Part shown: positions 31,446-41,602 of the stretch, one piece after another | Numbering within the stretch: position 1 is the stretch's first letter | Layout: each line of letters starts with the position of its first letter | Assembly (NCBI GenBank): GCA_964019425.1 | Contig: OZ025784.1 | Span: 372,001 to 436,000 of the forward strand | Source of the DNA: Flectonema sp. DT1601 | Taxonomy: Eukaryota | Length of the DNA: 64,000 nucleotides | Direction of reading: 5' to 3' | Notes under the pieces: model-generated | What the model saw: only the letters and a program-made list of their open reading frames with translations | Told to the model about the DNA's origin: nothing | Databases searched by the model: none | Made by a program: the position numbers and the translations under genes

Positions 31446-32693
31446 AAAAAAGAAAAAAAAAAAAAAATTAAAAAAACAATTCTATTCATAATTGACTAGA
31501 ATTAGGCACTCAGCGCCAAGGTGTAAAAGTGACACGAAAACGATCGCGTGGGTCTGAAAAACCCTGTTGCTTTAACTCAAAACAAACCCAAACATAAAAA
31601 GAAAAAAAAAAAGAAAAATGCTCTTTTTAGCAAGATTGTGGAGAACTCTTTTTAACCAAAACACTGACTGTATCTATAAATCAATCTCATGTCCAATAAA
31701 TTGAAGGGTTGCAAGGTAACTCATAATAAGCATAATATCTTTTTTCCTCTTTTTTTTATTTTTTTTATTCCTCTCTTTGGAGACTACTTCTAACAACAAC
31801 AACAACAAAAAAGGAGAAAAAAAAAAAAAAGAAACACTTTTTTTCACGTTGCTTCGACTTTAGTAAAGTCTTCACAGCGCACACTGAGCCGACTACCGAT
31901 TACTCAAAGTAAGAATGATTTTAAATATTTTGAGGGCTAGAATGGGGAAACCGAAACGTGGAATGTGAGGCCGAACCTATCTAAAGAAGTGTCTCAAGTG
32001 TTTCAATGAGGGAGCTACCTGAGTGACTTTTGGGGATCGCATGCAACACAATATCAGAAACATACCCTCCAACACTAGACCACACAATTCGTAACACACA
32101 CACAGTCGCAATGCAGTGTCTGTATTGCTAACAGTGTCGCAGCCGGTTAAAGTGGCTTCGAATCAAAAAACATTTTTCTCTCCAACTCAATTCTCTTTTT
32201 ATAAAACAACACCAGTAACATAATAACGATATCACACACGCCGCTTGTGTAAGTGATGCCAAACTGGGCTTCGAGTAAAAAAGGGATTTTGTTTAGAGGA
32301 CAACAGGAGACAATGTGAAGCCACCTGAAATATTAACACACGTTTACAACGGAAGAACCTTTCATGAGGTCGTTAAGGATAAAAAGTACCTAAAGGGAAT
32401 TATAATACTTCTGCATGCGACCCCCAAGATCAATAAAAATAATGCAAGAATAAGAAAAGGAAAGATAACACTCCGAAGTACACTTCAGTGTCGATATAAA
32501 CTGAACCACCACAACGAGACCCGCTGGTTAAGCAGTTCCTCTGATCCAACTGTCTGTCTACGACAGAAGGAACGCACACGTAAAAAGGTATCGCAACTAC
32601 TCCGTGAGAGCGCTGCAAAGATACAAATGATATTTCGTCAGAAAACAACTACTCGAAAAAATATTACAAAAAAAAAAAAGTAGCTATTTTCAA

Positions 32694-34544
32694 TCACGTC
32701 ATTATTGTAGCTTGTTCGTCATTTGTAGGTGGTGGGTACTCAGGAGAACATCCACCGCTGACAAGACATCCATAATGAGGAGCCGTAAAGACTGACGGAA
32801 TCACATCAGAGAGTGAGTTGCCTCCCAGAGATGTACCTCCTGCAAGTGAAGTTCCTCCTTTTAGAATTTCATTAAGTCGAGGATCTTGTACATTTTGGGA
32901 ATCAAAGGAAACAGACATTAAAGGGTTCACAACAATCTCCCTATCAGTTGGAATAGTGAATGCTTTCATACAATGTGTACTCAACACTGCTGGAGCAGAA
33001 CAAGCTCCTAGACGCATTGTATCAGCAAGACTGGTTAGTGAGGCAGCTTCCATGTTGTCAGGTGATGTTGATGGCATACCTTCATGATTACTACTTGTGT
33101 CAGAGTTCTTATCTCTAAATTCTAATCGAGAAGTAGCAGCCATTCCTCCATTGTGAATCAACATTTCCATGTGTTGTAATGTTGCTTGTTGTTGTTCTAA
33201 AGTAATGTTTTTATGAATGTGCCAATCCTCAGCTATTGGGCTGTGATGCTTTGCGAGAACCGTCGCAAACATATCCTCAACTTCATATTCTTCATCAGTT
33301 AAGTCACAAGCTTGTCTAAATACCGGCATCAGTTCAAGTTGTTGACGAAGAGCGTATTTCGTATTGACATCTCTCCAATCAGAGAAGTCTTCTAATTCTT
33401 CAAACGATAGTTCTGAAACAGGTTTACAAAATGCATCGTCTAGAGAACCATACTTCTCAATCAAAGAAGTGTGTAGCTCTGCTACCTCTCTCGGTATGAT
33501 AAATGTCTGACCAGGTAATAGCGCACATGAAATACTCTCAACCTTTGAGAACAATAAATCCAACGCCAGCTGTGCCATTCCACCAAACCAAACTGGCAAT
33601 CCCTGCATTAAATCTTTTACTTTTGATGCCTGTTCAGTAGTTGTAAACTGAACTAATGCCTGAACTCTATTTTTTGCAGCTTTTTTAGGAAGAACTATAA
33701 CAGCTTCGATTGCTCCGTAAGGAGAGAATAATTGATAAATTAAACGAGGAGAAACATAAAGACATTCTGTAATTCTCGCAGAGCTGTCAAACAACGAAGC
33801 AAGAAGAGTTTTCGATGCTGATGGAGCAACCCATTTTTGATGTTTGCAGTAACCGATAGTCGCTTGATGAGATGAGATGACAACGATTGAATCGCTAGTT
33901 TCTTTATAGTAGTTAATCATACTTACTGCGTCTTCTAATTCAGAGAACTCAATTAGGGCGTGATTCTTTGACCTGAGCATTATTACTCTTTCAACAGTAC
34001 CAAACTTTGACCCAATGTCCCTCAGCATTCCTTGGGTTGCATTCCAACTTACACGTCGAAGTAAAACAATTTTACTTGGAGGGTATTTTGGTATGGTTGA
34101 TGCGTGGTTCTTTTCTCCAATTTCGTGTGGTTCTGATGCGTCGGATTTTCGTTTTTTTGATGTCGGATCTCGTTCTTGAGATTCACTTGTTGGATTTGAG
34201 AATTTACGATCTGGTTTCTCAGGAGCCCCACCAGGCCCTGCGATGTATATTCCGAGAGGCTGGTCTCCAGTTGGGTCATCGATGTTAACGTTATTCGAAT
34301 CGTTGTGATGAACTCTTTGAGTGGTGGTCTGTCCGCCATGTCCTCCAAAACCCAAGTCGTCAATATTCTGAGAATTCTTCTTCCCTCTTCCGCCCTTTCC
34401 TCCCTGACCTTTTGCACCTTTTCCCTTACCTTGAACTTGTGGAACATTCTGCACACTTTGCATAGTAGCATTTGGTAGCACAGGCTGCATGTATCCAGGA
34501 ACCTGTCCCTGTTGCAACCACCAATACCAATTTGATGGATTCAT
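32694..34544 (-). CDS. PTB/hnRNP-L-like RRM RNA-binding protein
   Basis: PPSKIVLLRRV...FGTVERVIMLRSKNHALIEF (RRM1) and LYQ-like LIYQLFSPYGAIEAVIVL...RVQALVQF (RRM2) are characteristic of the PTB family. Confidence 0.88.
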   Translation of the reverse strand: MNPSNWYWWLQQGQVPGYMQPVLPNATMQSVQNVPQVQGKGKGAKGQGGKGGRGKKNSQNIDDLGFGGHGGQTTTQRVHHNDSNNVNIDDPTGDQPLGIYIAGPGGAPEKPDRKFSNPTSESQERDPTSKKRKSDASEPHEIGEKNHASTIPKYPPSKIVLLRRVSWNATQGMLRDIGSKFGTVERVIMLRSKNHALIEFSELEDAVSMINYYKETSDSIVVISSHQATIGYCKHQKWVAPSASKTLLASLFDSSARITECLYVSPRLIYQLFSPYGAIEAVIVLPKKAAKNRVQALVQFTTTEQASKVKDLMQGLPVWFGGMAQLALDLLFSKVESISCALLPGQTFIIPREVAELHTSLIEKYGSLDDAFCKPVSELSFEELEDFSDWRDVNTKYALRQQLELMPVFRQACDLTDEEYEVEDMFATVLAKHHSPIAEDWHIHKNITLEQQQATLQHMEMLIHNGGMAATSRLEFRDKNSDTSSNHEGMPSTSPDNMEAASLTSLADTMRLGACSAPAVLSTHCMKAFTIPTDREIVVNPLMSVSFDSQNVQDPRLNEILKGGTSLAGGTSLGGNSLSDVIPSVFTAPHYGCLVSGGCSPEYPPPTNDEQATIMT

Positions 34545-35253
34545 AATTAAGACTCAAATAGCGTGGTTACGACGCTAACATAATATTCTTGTGAAGGGGG
34601 GGAGTTAAATTGATACTTCTTTCAAAACCGAAAAAGGAAAAAAACTAAAATAACCAGGTCACGCTAATAGCTGAAGAACACAAATAAACCGTCGCTTCAT
34701 AGGAGTATTTCCCTTTAGTGGAACACACCAATACTTTTTCATATTCTGTGTGTTGATAAGAAGATTATCACCAATGCTGTAGTACGTCAACCAAATCACT
34801 GGCTTTGCTGCTTTAGCGGCAACGACCGCACGAATGACAGCTGCCAAGTAACCGTTTTAGGATGCAGAAGAAGGGAATTTTGTCTAAATTTTTTATTTAT
34901 TTTTTCTTTTCTTTCTTCCCAAGAACACACCCACAAGAAATTAAGATAAAAAAAATAATAATTTGGGAGAATGCGTATTCACATTTCATTATTTCTCTTG
35001 TGGGCTTCAACAACACAGAAAGTCACAGTCAGTGACGTTGTGTTCTTAACATTCCTAAGAAAGAATGCTGGTCTCTTATTTTTTTATGACTAATTCAGGT
35101 CTGCAGAAAGTAACGAATAATCTAATAAGGGAACAGATGGGAGAGGTGAGCAAACAAAATATTTGAAGCCGAGTACAATTCGACAACAAAAAACGAAATG
35201 CTAAGAAACATCCGTTTGGATAACTTTTTCTCTTCTGTGGGAAAACAATATGT

Positions 35254-36945
35254 TTATTTATTCATCTGTAAAGGTGTTTTCACCAAGACATCCAAAGCAG
35301 TAGAAGAAACAGTTGTACTGAGTACCGGAGGTGTGTACCCGCTGCCGACAAGTGACGATCGAAAAATCCTCTTACGACCAGCAGAGTACAAGTTCAATAT
35401 TTTGGGAGACTCATTTGATGATTCACTGACGACACGTCTGTCGGTATTTGGACAGTGTCGAGACAATGGTTGAATAGGTGAATTCTGTGACACATCTGGA
35501 GATGAACGTTTCCTACTCGTGTTGGATTCTTCTAAAAGACAACTAGTCTCAAATATACTATGAGCTACTCCACACTTCTTATGAGGACATTTATTAATAT
35601 CTTCACTTTCTGTATCCAGGAGATCATCGATTGTTTGTGCGGCGCAGTTCAGCATCTCCACCGCGTCAGGTGGAGACAAGTCTTCTTCATAAAAAGAAGA
35701 AGTCACAGCCACTTGTGTGAATGAACTTTTAGGTACCGCGTCCTGGTCAGTTGTGGATGATTTTCGAACTCTGGGAGGGTTAAAATTAGTGCAAGTTGGT
35801 GACACGAGCGGGGAACCACCAGAACCAGAAAGTCTTGTTAATCTTATTTGAGTACCTCTGAGTTGATCAATATAACGAGATGCATTCTTTAAAGCAGGAT
35901 CATCTTCATTCCAAGGAGTCTTATCGACAGGATGTATACTACACTCTCCACAGATCTGTTCTGATATTTCTGGTGAAGTTATTTCACCTAAAACACTCTC
36001 AAGCCATCCTTCTTCAATTTGCATAACATTCTCACTAAGAACGTTAAAATACCTTGTCTTCTTCTCGATGGGATCATACACGATGTGATGCTTAAATGCA
36101 AAGAACGCCTTTAAAAAGGCGTGTTCGTACTCGTGTAAGTTCTTCATGTGAAGAGAGCTGTATTTCGTATCGGTTCGAAGAACTGTTAGTATTCTTCCAA
36201 TTGATTTGTGTTCTCCAACTAATTTGTTTGCTTTTTTGATTCCAACGCCGTGTAGTGACGGAGTGTAATCACAGCCTGCCATTATAAAGTTTGTTAACAT
36301 CATATCAGCGTCAAAGTTTCGAAGTTGAATTTCTCTAGTGTTAGCTAACTTTGAACTATCAATAAGAACACCTGATCCTTTGTGATCTAATTTATAAATA
36401 ACTCTCGGAGTCAAGTACGCGAGTAAATCAGAATCTTCAGTGACAACAACATCAATGTAATTAGTTCTCGCTAAGTAAGCAAGTTGGGCATCTGCTTCAT
36501 ACGGGGCAGTTATGCATTCGATTTTCTTTTCGCGTAAGACTCTTATTAAAGAATGTGCAATCTCATGAGTTATATCAAGTGAAGTCATGTATTCAGTCCT
36601 CGCTTCCTTTTCCCTTCCCTGTGTTGATAGAACGTTAGCACGGGTTCGAGCTGCGACTCTTTTCGCTCTTCTGGATACATTTGTTTCGCGTTTTAGCGGC
36701 ATGTCAGCTCCATCAAAAACCATTACCAGTCGAATTCCCATTCTAGTGAACAGATCAACTCTCCTCACCAATGCTTTTAAATAATCTAATGTCTCCCCGC
36801 CAGTTGTTAATTCCATCGCACTTCCTTTACAAAGTCTGTGAAGCCAACAGTAGGTATCAACTCCAATAGTCTTCCCCCGAAATTGCTCTAAATTGCACAT
36901 CTCTTCGATACTTCTCAGACATGGTAACAGTCCTGAGATCCCCAT
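35254..36945 (-). CDS. EXO1: Exonuclease 1 (XPG/FEN1 family)
   Basis: MGISGLLP, GVDTYCWLH, VMVFDG, APYEADAQLAYL, TEDSDLL, GCDY..SLHGVGIKKA. Confidence 0.95.
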   Translation of the reverse strand: MGISGLLPCLRSIEEMCNLEQFRGKTIGVDTYCWLHRLCKGSAMELTTGGETLDYLKALVRRVDLFTRMGIRLVMVFDGADMPLKRETNVSRRAKRVAARTRANVLSTQGREKEARTEYMTSLDITHEIAHSLIRVLREKKIECITAPYEADAQLAYLARTNYIDVVVTEDSDLLAYLTPRVIYKLDHKGSGVLIDSSKLANTREIQLRNFDADMMLTNFIMAGCDYTPSLHGVGIKKANKLVGEHKSIGRILTVLRTDTKYSSLHMKNLHEYEHAFLKAFFAFKHHIVYDPIEKKTRYFNVLSENVMQIEEGWLESVLGEITSPEISEQICGECSIHPVDKTPWNEDDPALKNASRYIDQLRGTQIRLTRLSGSGGSPLVSPTCTNFNPPRVRKSSTTDQDAVPKSSFTQVAVTSSFYEEDLSPPDAVEMLNCAAQTIDDLLDTESEDINKCPHKKCGVAHSIFETSCLLEESNTSRKRSSPDVSQNSPIQPLSRHCPNTDRRVVSESSNESPKILNLYSAGRKRIFRSSLVGSGYTPPVLSTTVSSTALDVLVKTPLQMNK

Positions 36946-37146
36946 CTCTCTGATGTCATTAAATTGTTGTTTTTCTTTTGAGTTGATTCCTGTTTGTGTG
37001 ATGAGGAAATAATAATAATTGAATTATTATTATAAATTAAGAAAACTTCTTTAATAATACGACCAGCCAAAATAGCAATCGATCTAAAGAACAAGTTGAT
37101 AATAAATATTTTTTAGTTAGTTTGGATTATTGTAAAGAGTTCAAAG

Positions 37147-38919
37147 TTAAATATCAGCTGAGTAGCGGTCATCACTTTGTAGAACATCTTTGACGCTGTT
37201 GATCATCTCTTTTGTGATGTTTTGAATATTTATTTTAAAAACGACATCAACATCGTCATCATCATCGTCATCCTCAACAGGTGTCCTTCGAGGTTTCTGA
37301 ACAGCCCAACGACCAGCATTTTTAAACGATGCTAAAATCCTAATAATTTCAATAAATAACGGACTGTACTGAGGCGTGTCATAAACTAGATCTATGAGTT
37401 CCGTAGCGGCTGGAGTGTTGCGAAGGAGAGACGCTTCTTCAGATTCGCTATCTTGACTGGAAAACTCCAATAGATTATGATACTTTGTGAATATAGAAGT
37501 GAATGACTTATGGAGCTTAGTCGCATATTCATGAACACTATTCCCTTCAGGATTGAACTCTCTGCAGTTAAACCAAACAAGCGAGATATCATCCAAAACC
37601 TGTTCTTCATTATCATATAAACCATTGTCTAATAATATTGAGATTGTCCCTAAATCCATCGGTCGCTTTGTCACTCCGAGATAAGTTGGAATTCCATCAA
37701 AACCCGGATGAACTGGTCTATTAAATAAAGTAAACAGATCATCTTTTTTATGAACGTCAATAAGTTCTCTTACAGCTGAATGAACAGAAAAGAGATGTGC
37801 TGATGGATTGTGCCTACCTGCATCTTCATTTATAAAATCAGAAAAAACTGTTGGATAGATATAACGAAGATGGGACCTTTTAAAACTTGCTGCATAGCGA
37901 GTTCTCTTAACTCGTTTTTTATTTGTCTGCAGTAACACACATTGGAATAAAGAAGCAGAATCAGTGCTTGTGATATTCTCAAGCATCAATCCGGGTCCGA
38001 AAACAGATAAAGGAGCCAAGTATTTCCACGTTGAATCATACACAGAATGTCTATAAAGAGGTACTTGACTACCAACAGTTTGTACTTCATTAGTTATCAT
38101 GTATTTCGGATGAAATGTTAATAAAATTGCTTTAATTTGATTCTCTTTGTGTAATCGTAATATTGATTGTAACTGTTGCCAAGAGTATAACGGAGTGTGG
38201 TTGAGAGAGTGAAGTCGAAACCCAACAAAGAGAAGTGCATCTTCATTTACCGTCGCAGTCAACAGTAGTCCTTGAAATGTGAGTCCGAAGTCACCAGTTT
38301 CGAGTAAACGAACTTTTATAGACCGACACCTTATCCGGTGAGTGATATCATCCCCACAAGACTTTACGTAAAGTGAAGAAAGCAAACAAGAGCAGTAAGG
38401 AGGTTCTGGATTTGCTATGGTATACTTTCTATCAATTAACTGGAAGTAGTTTTCAGCGATGGTTTCGCATTTCGGGATGGTCTTTAGTGCCTGTTGGATT
38501 TCTTCTTTTTCTGAAATTTCATTTTTTCGTTTTACTTTTTTAGGTTTTTGTAACTTCTGAAGGCCGGGAATAGTTTCTTCCAAAGAACTTTCAAGTTTAC
38601 TTCGCATCTCTTCGAGTCCTTCCCTTCCACTGAAGGGCATTTGCCAAGTCTTCCAATTACCATCTCTGACCCATTGCATTCGTACTGCACCTGCTACAGT
38701 GTCAGCAGCGTGAGCTCTGTGGTACCAGATGTCAGCCATTTGTGGATCTTCGAAGTCGGAGTCATTTTCAGTTAAAGAGAAAGAATCCAACTCATCATCA
38801 ATTACAGCAGTACACATTGGCACAGCTGATAATAGATCACTACTCATGGTTGATGTCATCCATCTGTTTAAGAAAACTAATGGACTAAAGACATTAAATA
38901 TACCACCTTTTGTATTCAT
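37147..38919 (-). CDS. Bromodomain protein
   Basis: LFNRPVHP..DGIPTYLGVTKRPMDLGTI...Y......DDISLVWFNCREFNPEG, with the acetyl-lysine-binding Asn retained. Confidence 0.9.
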   Translation of the reverse strand: MNTKGGIFNVFSPLVFLNRWMTSTMSSDLLSAVPMCTAVIDDELDSFSLTENDSDFEDPQMADIWYHRAHAADTVAGAVRMQWVRDGNWKTWQMPFSGREGLEEMRSKLESSLEETIPGLQKLQKPKKVKRKNEISEKEEIQQALKTIPKCETIAENYFQLIDRKYTIANPEPPYCSCLLSSLYVKSCGDDITHRIRCRSIKVRLLETGDFGLTFQGLLLTATVNEDALLFVGFRLHSLNHTPLYSWQQLQSILRLHKENQIKAILLTFHPKYMITNEVQTVGSQVPLYRHSVYDSTWKYLAPLSVFGPGLMLENITSTDSASLFQCVLLQTNKKRVKRTRYAASFKRSHLRYIYPTVFSDFINEDAGRHNPSAHLFSVHSAVRELIDVHKKDDLFTLFNRPVHPGFDGIPTYLGVTKRPMDLGTISILLDNGLYDNEEQVLDDISLVWFNCREFNPEGNSVHEYATKLHKSFTSIFTKYHNLLEFSSQDSESEEASLLRNTPAATELIDLVYDTPQYSPLFIEIIRILASFKNAGRWAVQKPRRTPVEDDDDDDDVDVVFKINIQNITKEMINSVKDVLQSDDRYSADI

Positions 38920-39039
38920 AAATATTAAACAAGGAGAATGTTCTTACAAATAGAGAGCTATGTGGTTAAAAACGAAACACAAAAAAACACCCTCCTCTTC
39001 CTCAATCGTCCTTTTGTTTGGACGGGTTGTTTGTTTAAT

Positions 39040-39672
39040 TTAGGAAAGTTTTTGTTTCCTATTCCTACGGGGCTGTCTGATGTATTCAATCAAAGCCTGA
39101 AACAAACTGAACAACACAAATAAAATAATAAAACTCGGAGGCAACACCACCAACGATATGATGAAATAGAACTTCGTATTATCACTCGAACCAGTTGACT
39201 CAGTGAAGTGATTTTTAAGATTCGTAAAATGAAAATTAACCCTGTGAGACATCGGAAGGTGACTTGCTGCCGAAGTACTAAACTGAAGATCAACCCAATG
39301 AAGGAATGTAATCTTTGTGAATTCTTCTTCAAAAGTGTCAATTGGAAGGTGTCTCAAGTAGGCTCTGAATACAGGAAGCTGGTTACTCGTTAGTTTTTGA
39401 GAATTACACCATTCAGTTTCCATACTGCAGTTAACCCAGAAAGTATCAACTCCGACAGTCGCCATGATATCTGTGCTTGCTAACCAATCGTCATTAAGAT
39501 CTTCACACTTTGGACATTTCGGATCATCGCCTTTCCAATTACCCATAAATGCAACTACCGACTTTTCAACGTCTTCTAATTTCCCAGACGAGAGCATCTC
39601 TTCTCGTTTTAGTTGAAGCACTCCTTCTGATGGAAGGATAATTGCTGCTATGAATAGGGCAGTCTTGAACAT
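39040..39672 (-). CDS. Thioredoxin-fold type I membrane protein (TMX/PDI-like)
   Basis: Signal peptide, VVAF..W....CPKC, VNC....WC......LPVFRAY, C-terminal TM helix and basic tail. Confidence 0.7.
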   Translation of the reverse strand: MFKTALFIAAIILPSEGVLQLKREEMLSSGKLEDVEKSVVAFMGNWKGDDPKCPKCEDLNDDWLASTDIMATVGVDTFWVNCSMETEWCNSQKLTSNQLPVFRAYLRHLPIDTFEEEFTKITFLHWVDLQFSTSAASHLPMSHRVNFHFTNLKNHFTESTGSSDNTKFYFIISLVVLPPSFIILFVLFSLFQALIEYIRQPRRNRKQKLS

Positions 39673-40120
39673 CTTTTTTTTTTTTAATATTAATGTGTAC
39701 CGCTGTTGTTGTTGTTCAGACAGAATAAATGACCATCTTGCTATACATAAAAGAACACAAGAGCCTTCACAATTGAAAAGATGCGCACTATCCTATCAAC
39801 GATGCTACTGTAGACATCTCAAAAAAAAAAAAACAAAAAAAAAAAAAATTAATTTAGATAAACTGAAAGCAAAGCAAGCGTTGCTAATTATGAGAATATT
39901 CTCAAGCACGCCTTTTTTATTTTCTTTTTTTGTTTTTTTGATCGGAAAAAAAAAAAAAAAGAATAGAAAAACAAGTTATTTTATCCCACATGATAAAGTT
40001 AATCTCGTCAAAATATCTTTTTTTTCATTTTTTTGGGGAATTTTTTAACAGAAAAGGGAAGGAAGAATACAGAACCATTAAACCAAAAATATAAAGAAAC
40101 AAAAAAAAAAAAAAATATAA

Positions 40121-40453
40121 TCATAATAAGTGTCTAGCTAATTTGGGTGGTTTCGAAGATACCAACCACGAGTGTTGAACTATGCTGTTGTTGTTTGTCG
40201 ACAGAGGACAGGTTCCTTGTTTTATCCATTGAGGTTTAATTACTTTCCAAATGAAATATAACACTGCGACCACTGAACCAGTAATCGCAGGCATCAACAA
40301 TTCTCCTTCAATAAAAGCTATCAATACTACCAGTAGTAATGCTGTAGTGTGTATTACTGATCTTATTAATCGAGGAGTGATATTTTCATTATTTTCATCT
40401 TCATTTTCCAGTTCTAGAATAGAGTCGTTGCAACTGAAAGTACCATAATTCAT
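40121..40453 (-). CDS. 110-aa two-TM hypothetical membrane protein
   Basis: ATG-initiated ORF on the cluster strand with two hydrophobic helices. Confidence 0.6.
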   Translation of the reverse strand: MNYGTFSCNDSILELENEDENNENITPRLIRSVIHTTALLLVVLIAFIEGELLMPAITGSVVAVLYFIWKVIKPQWIKQGTCPLSTNNNSIVQHSWLVSSKPPKLARHLL

Positions 40454-41602
40454 GAATCAGTCAACTGTTTTTAAATAAAATAACATTAACATTAAAGGCG
40501 TTGGTTTCTCAGACGACTAACCAGCTGCTCAAGTTTTCACCGCCAGTAACAGTCGTTGAAGGTACAAAAGGGAGAAGATCACAAAAACTGTGATCTTCCC
40601 TAATCACAGTTTCATCAATAAAAAACTACCGACCCGAATAAAATACGAAAGTCGGGTTGGGTGTTGGTGAAAACCCAACCCTGAATCGATAGTGGCTATT
40701 TCCGCTTCATAAACAGGACCTTCAGCCACACTAACAAGCATGCACGTGATGTATATTAAGCACGAAATGAATAAAAAAGATAACACGTTAGCAACGACCA
40801 CGCAAAACCAGAAAAACAACAAGGAAAATAAAATATTTGGTGGTTCGGATATCTCGAATATCATCGTTTACTATTCTGATATTCTTACACCAGCGAGTGG
40901 AAAAAAGTAAAGTAAATCCATGTCCCCCCCGGGATTCACCCCCCCCCATTCAAGTTTAATTAATATTCATCATTGAGACTGTCCCTCCGGCATCATTCTC
41001 TCGATGCATATTTTGAAAGATCTCAACTGAGCGATTCCAAAAAAAAAGAAAACCGAGTTGTGCAAACTGGTCTCTGAAAAAGGCTTTTGTCTGTACATTA
41101 ACCGGAGTTAGAGGTGGAGGTTTTCTACACATCGCGTCGTTTATACTAAGGGGGCAGAATTAAGAATCTTTCTTGTTTGCGTGAAGAAAAAAAATTACGT
41201 AACATGGAGTGTTGTCTCTTATAAACAATAGAAAAGTACCTCATTTTACGGTTAAATAACGTCTTGTGAAGAAGAAACACACACTAGGCCACTTTAGTAG
41301 GATATGATTCTCTAGGGGTATTGAAGCAGGAAATCTTCTTTCCCCCATTAGTGAATACGGTTACCAACATGGGGAGGTAGTGTTGGCTTCTCTTCACTGG
41401 ATACTATTTATTGTAAAACAAAAAACAACGCATGGGGGTCAAATGTATACAAGCTTACGGGTTCATAATCTTATATCACTTTTACCGCTTCGCGTAGCTA
41501 CCATTGCTCGTATAGTTAGAAAGAGATAGAAAGGGAGAGAGCACATTAGTTAAAAAAGCTTTTTTGTTGTTCACGCACTATAATCTGCTTTGAAACATAA
41601 GT

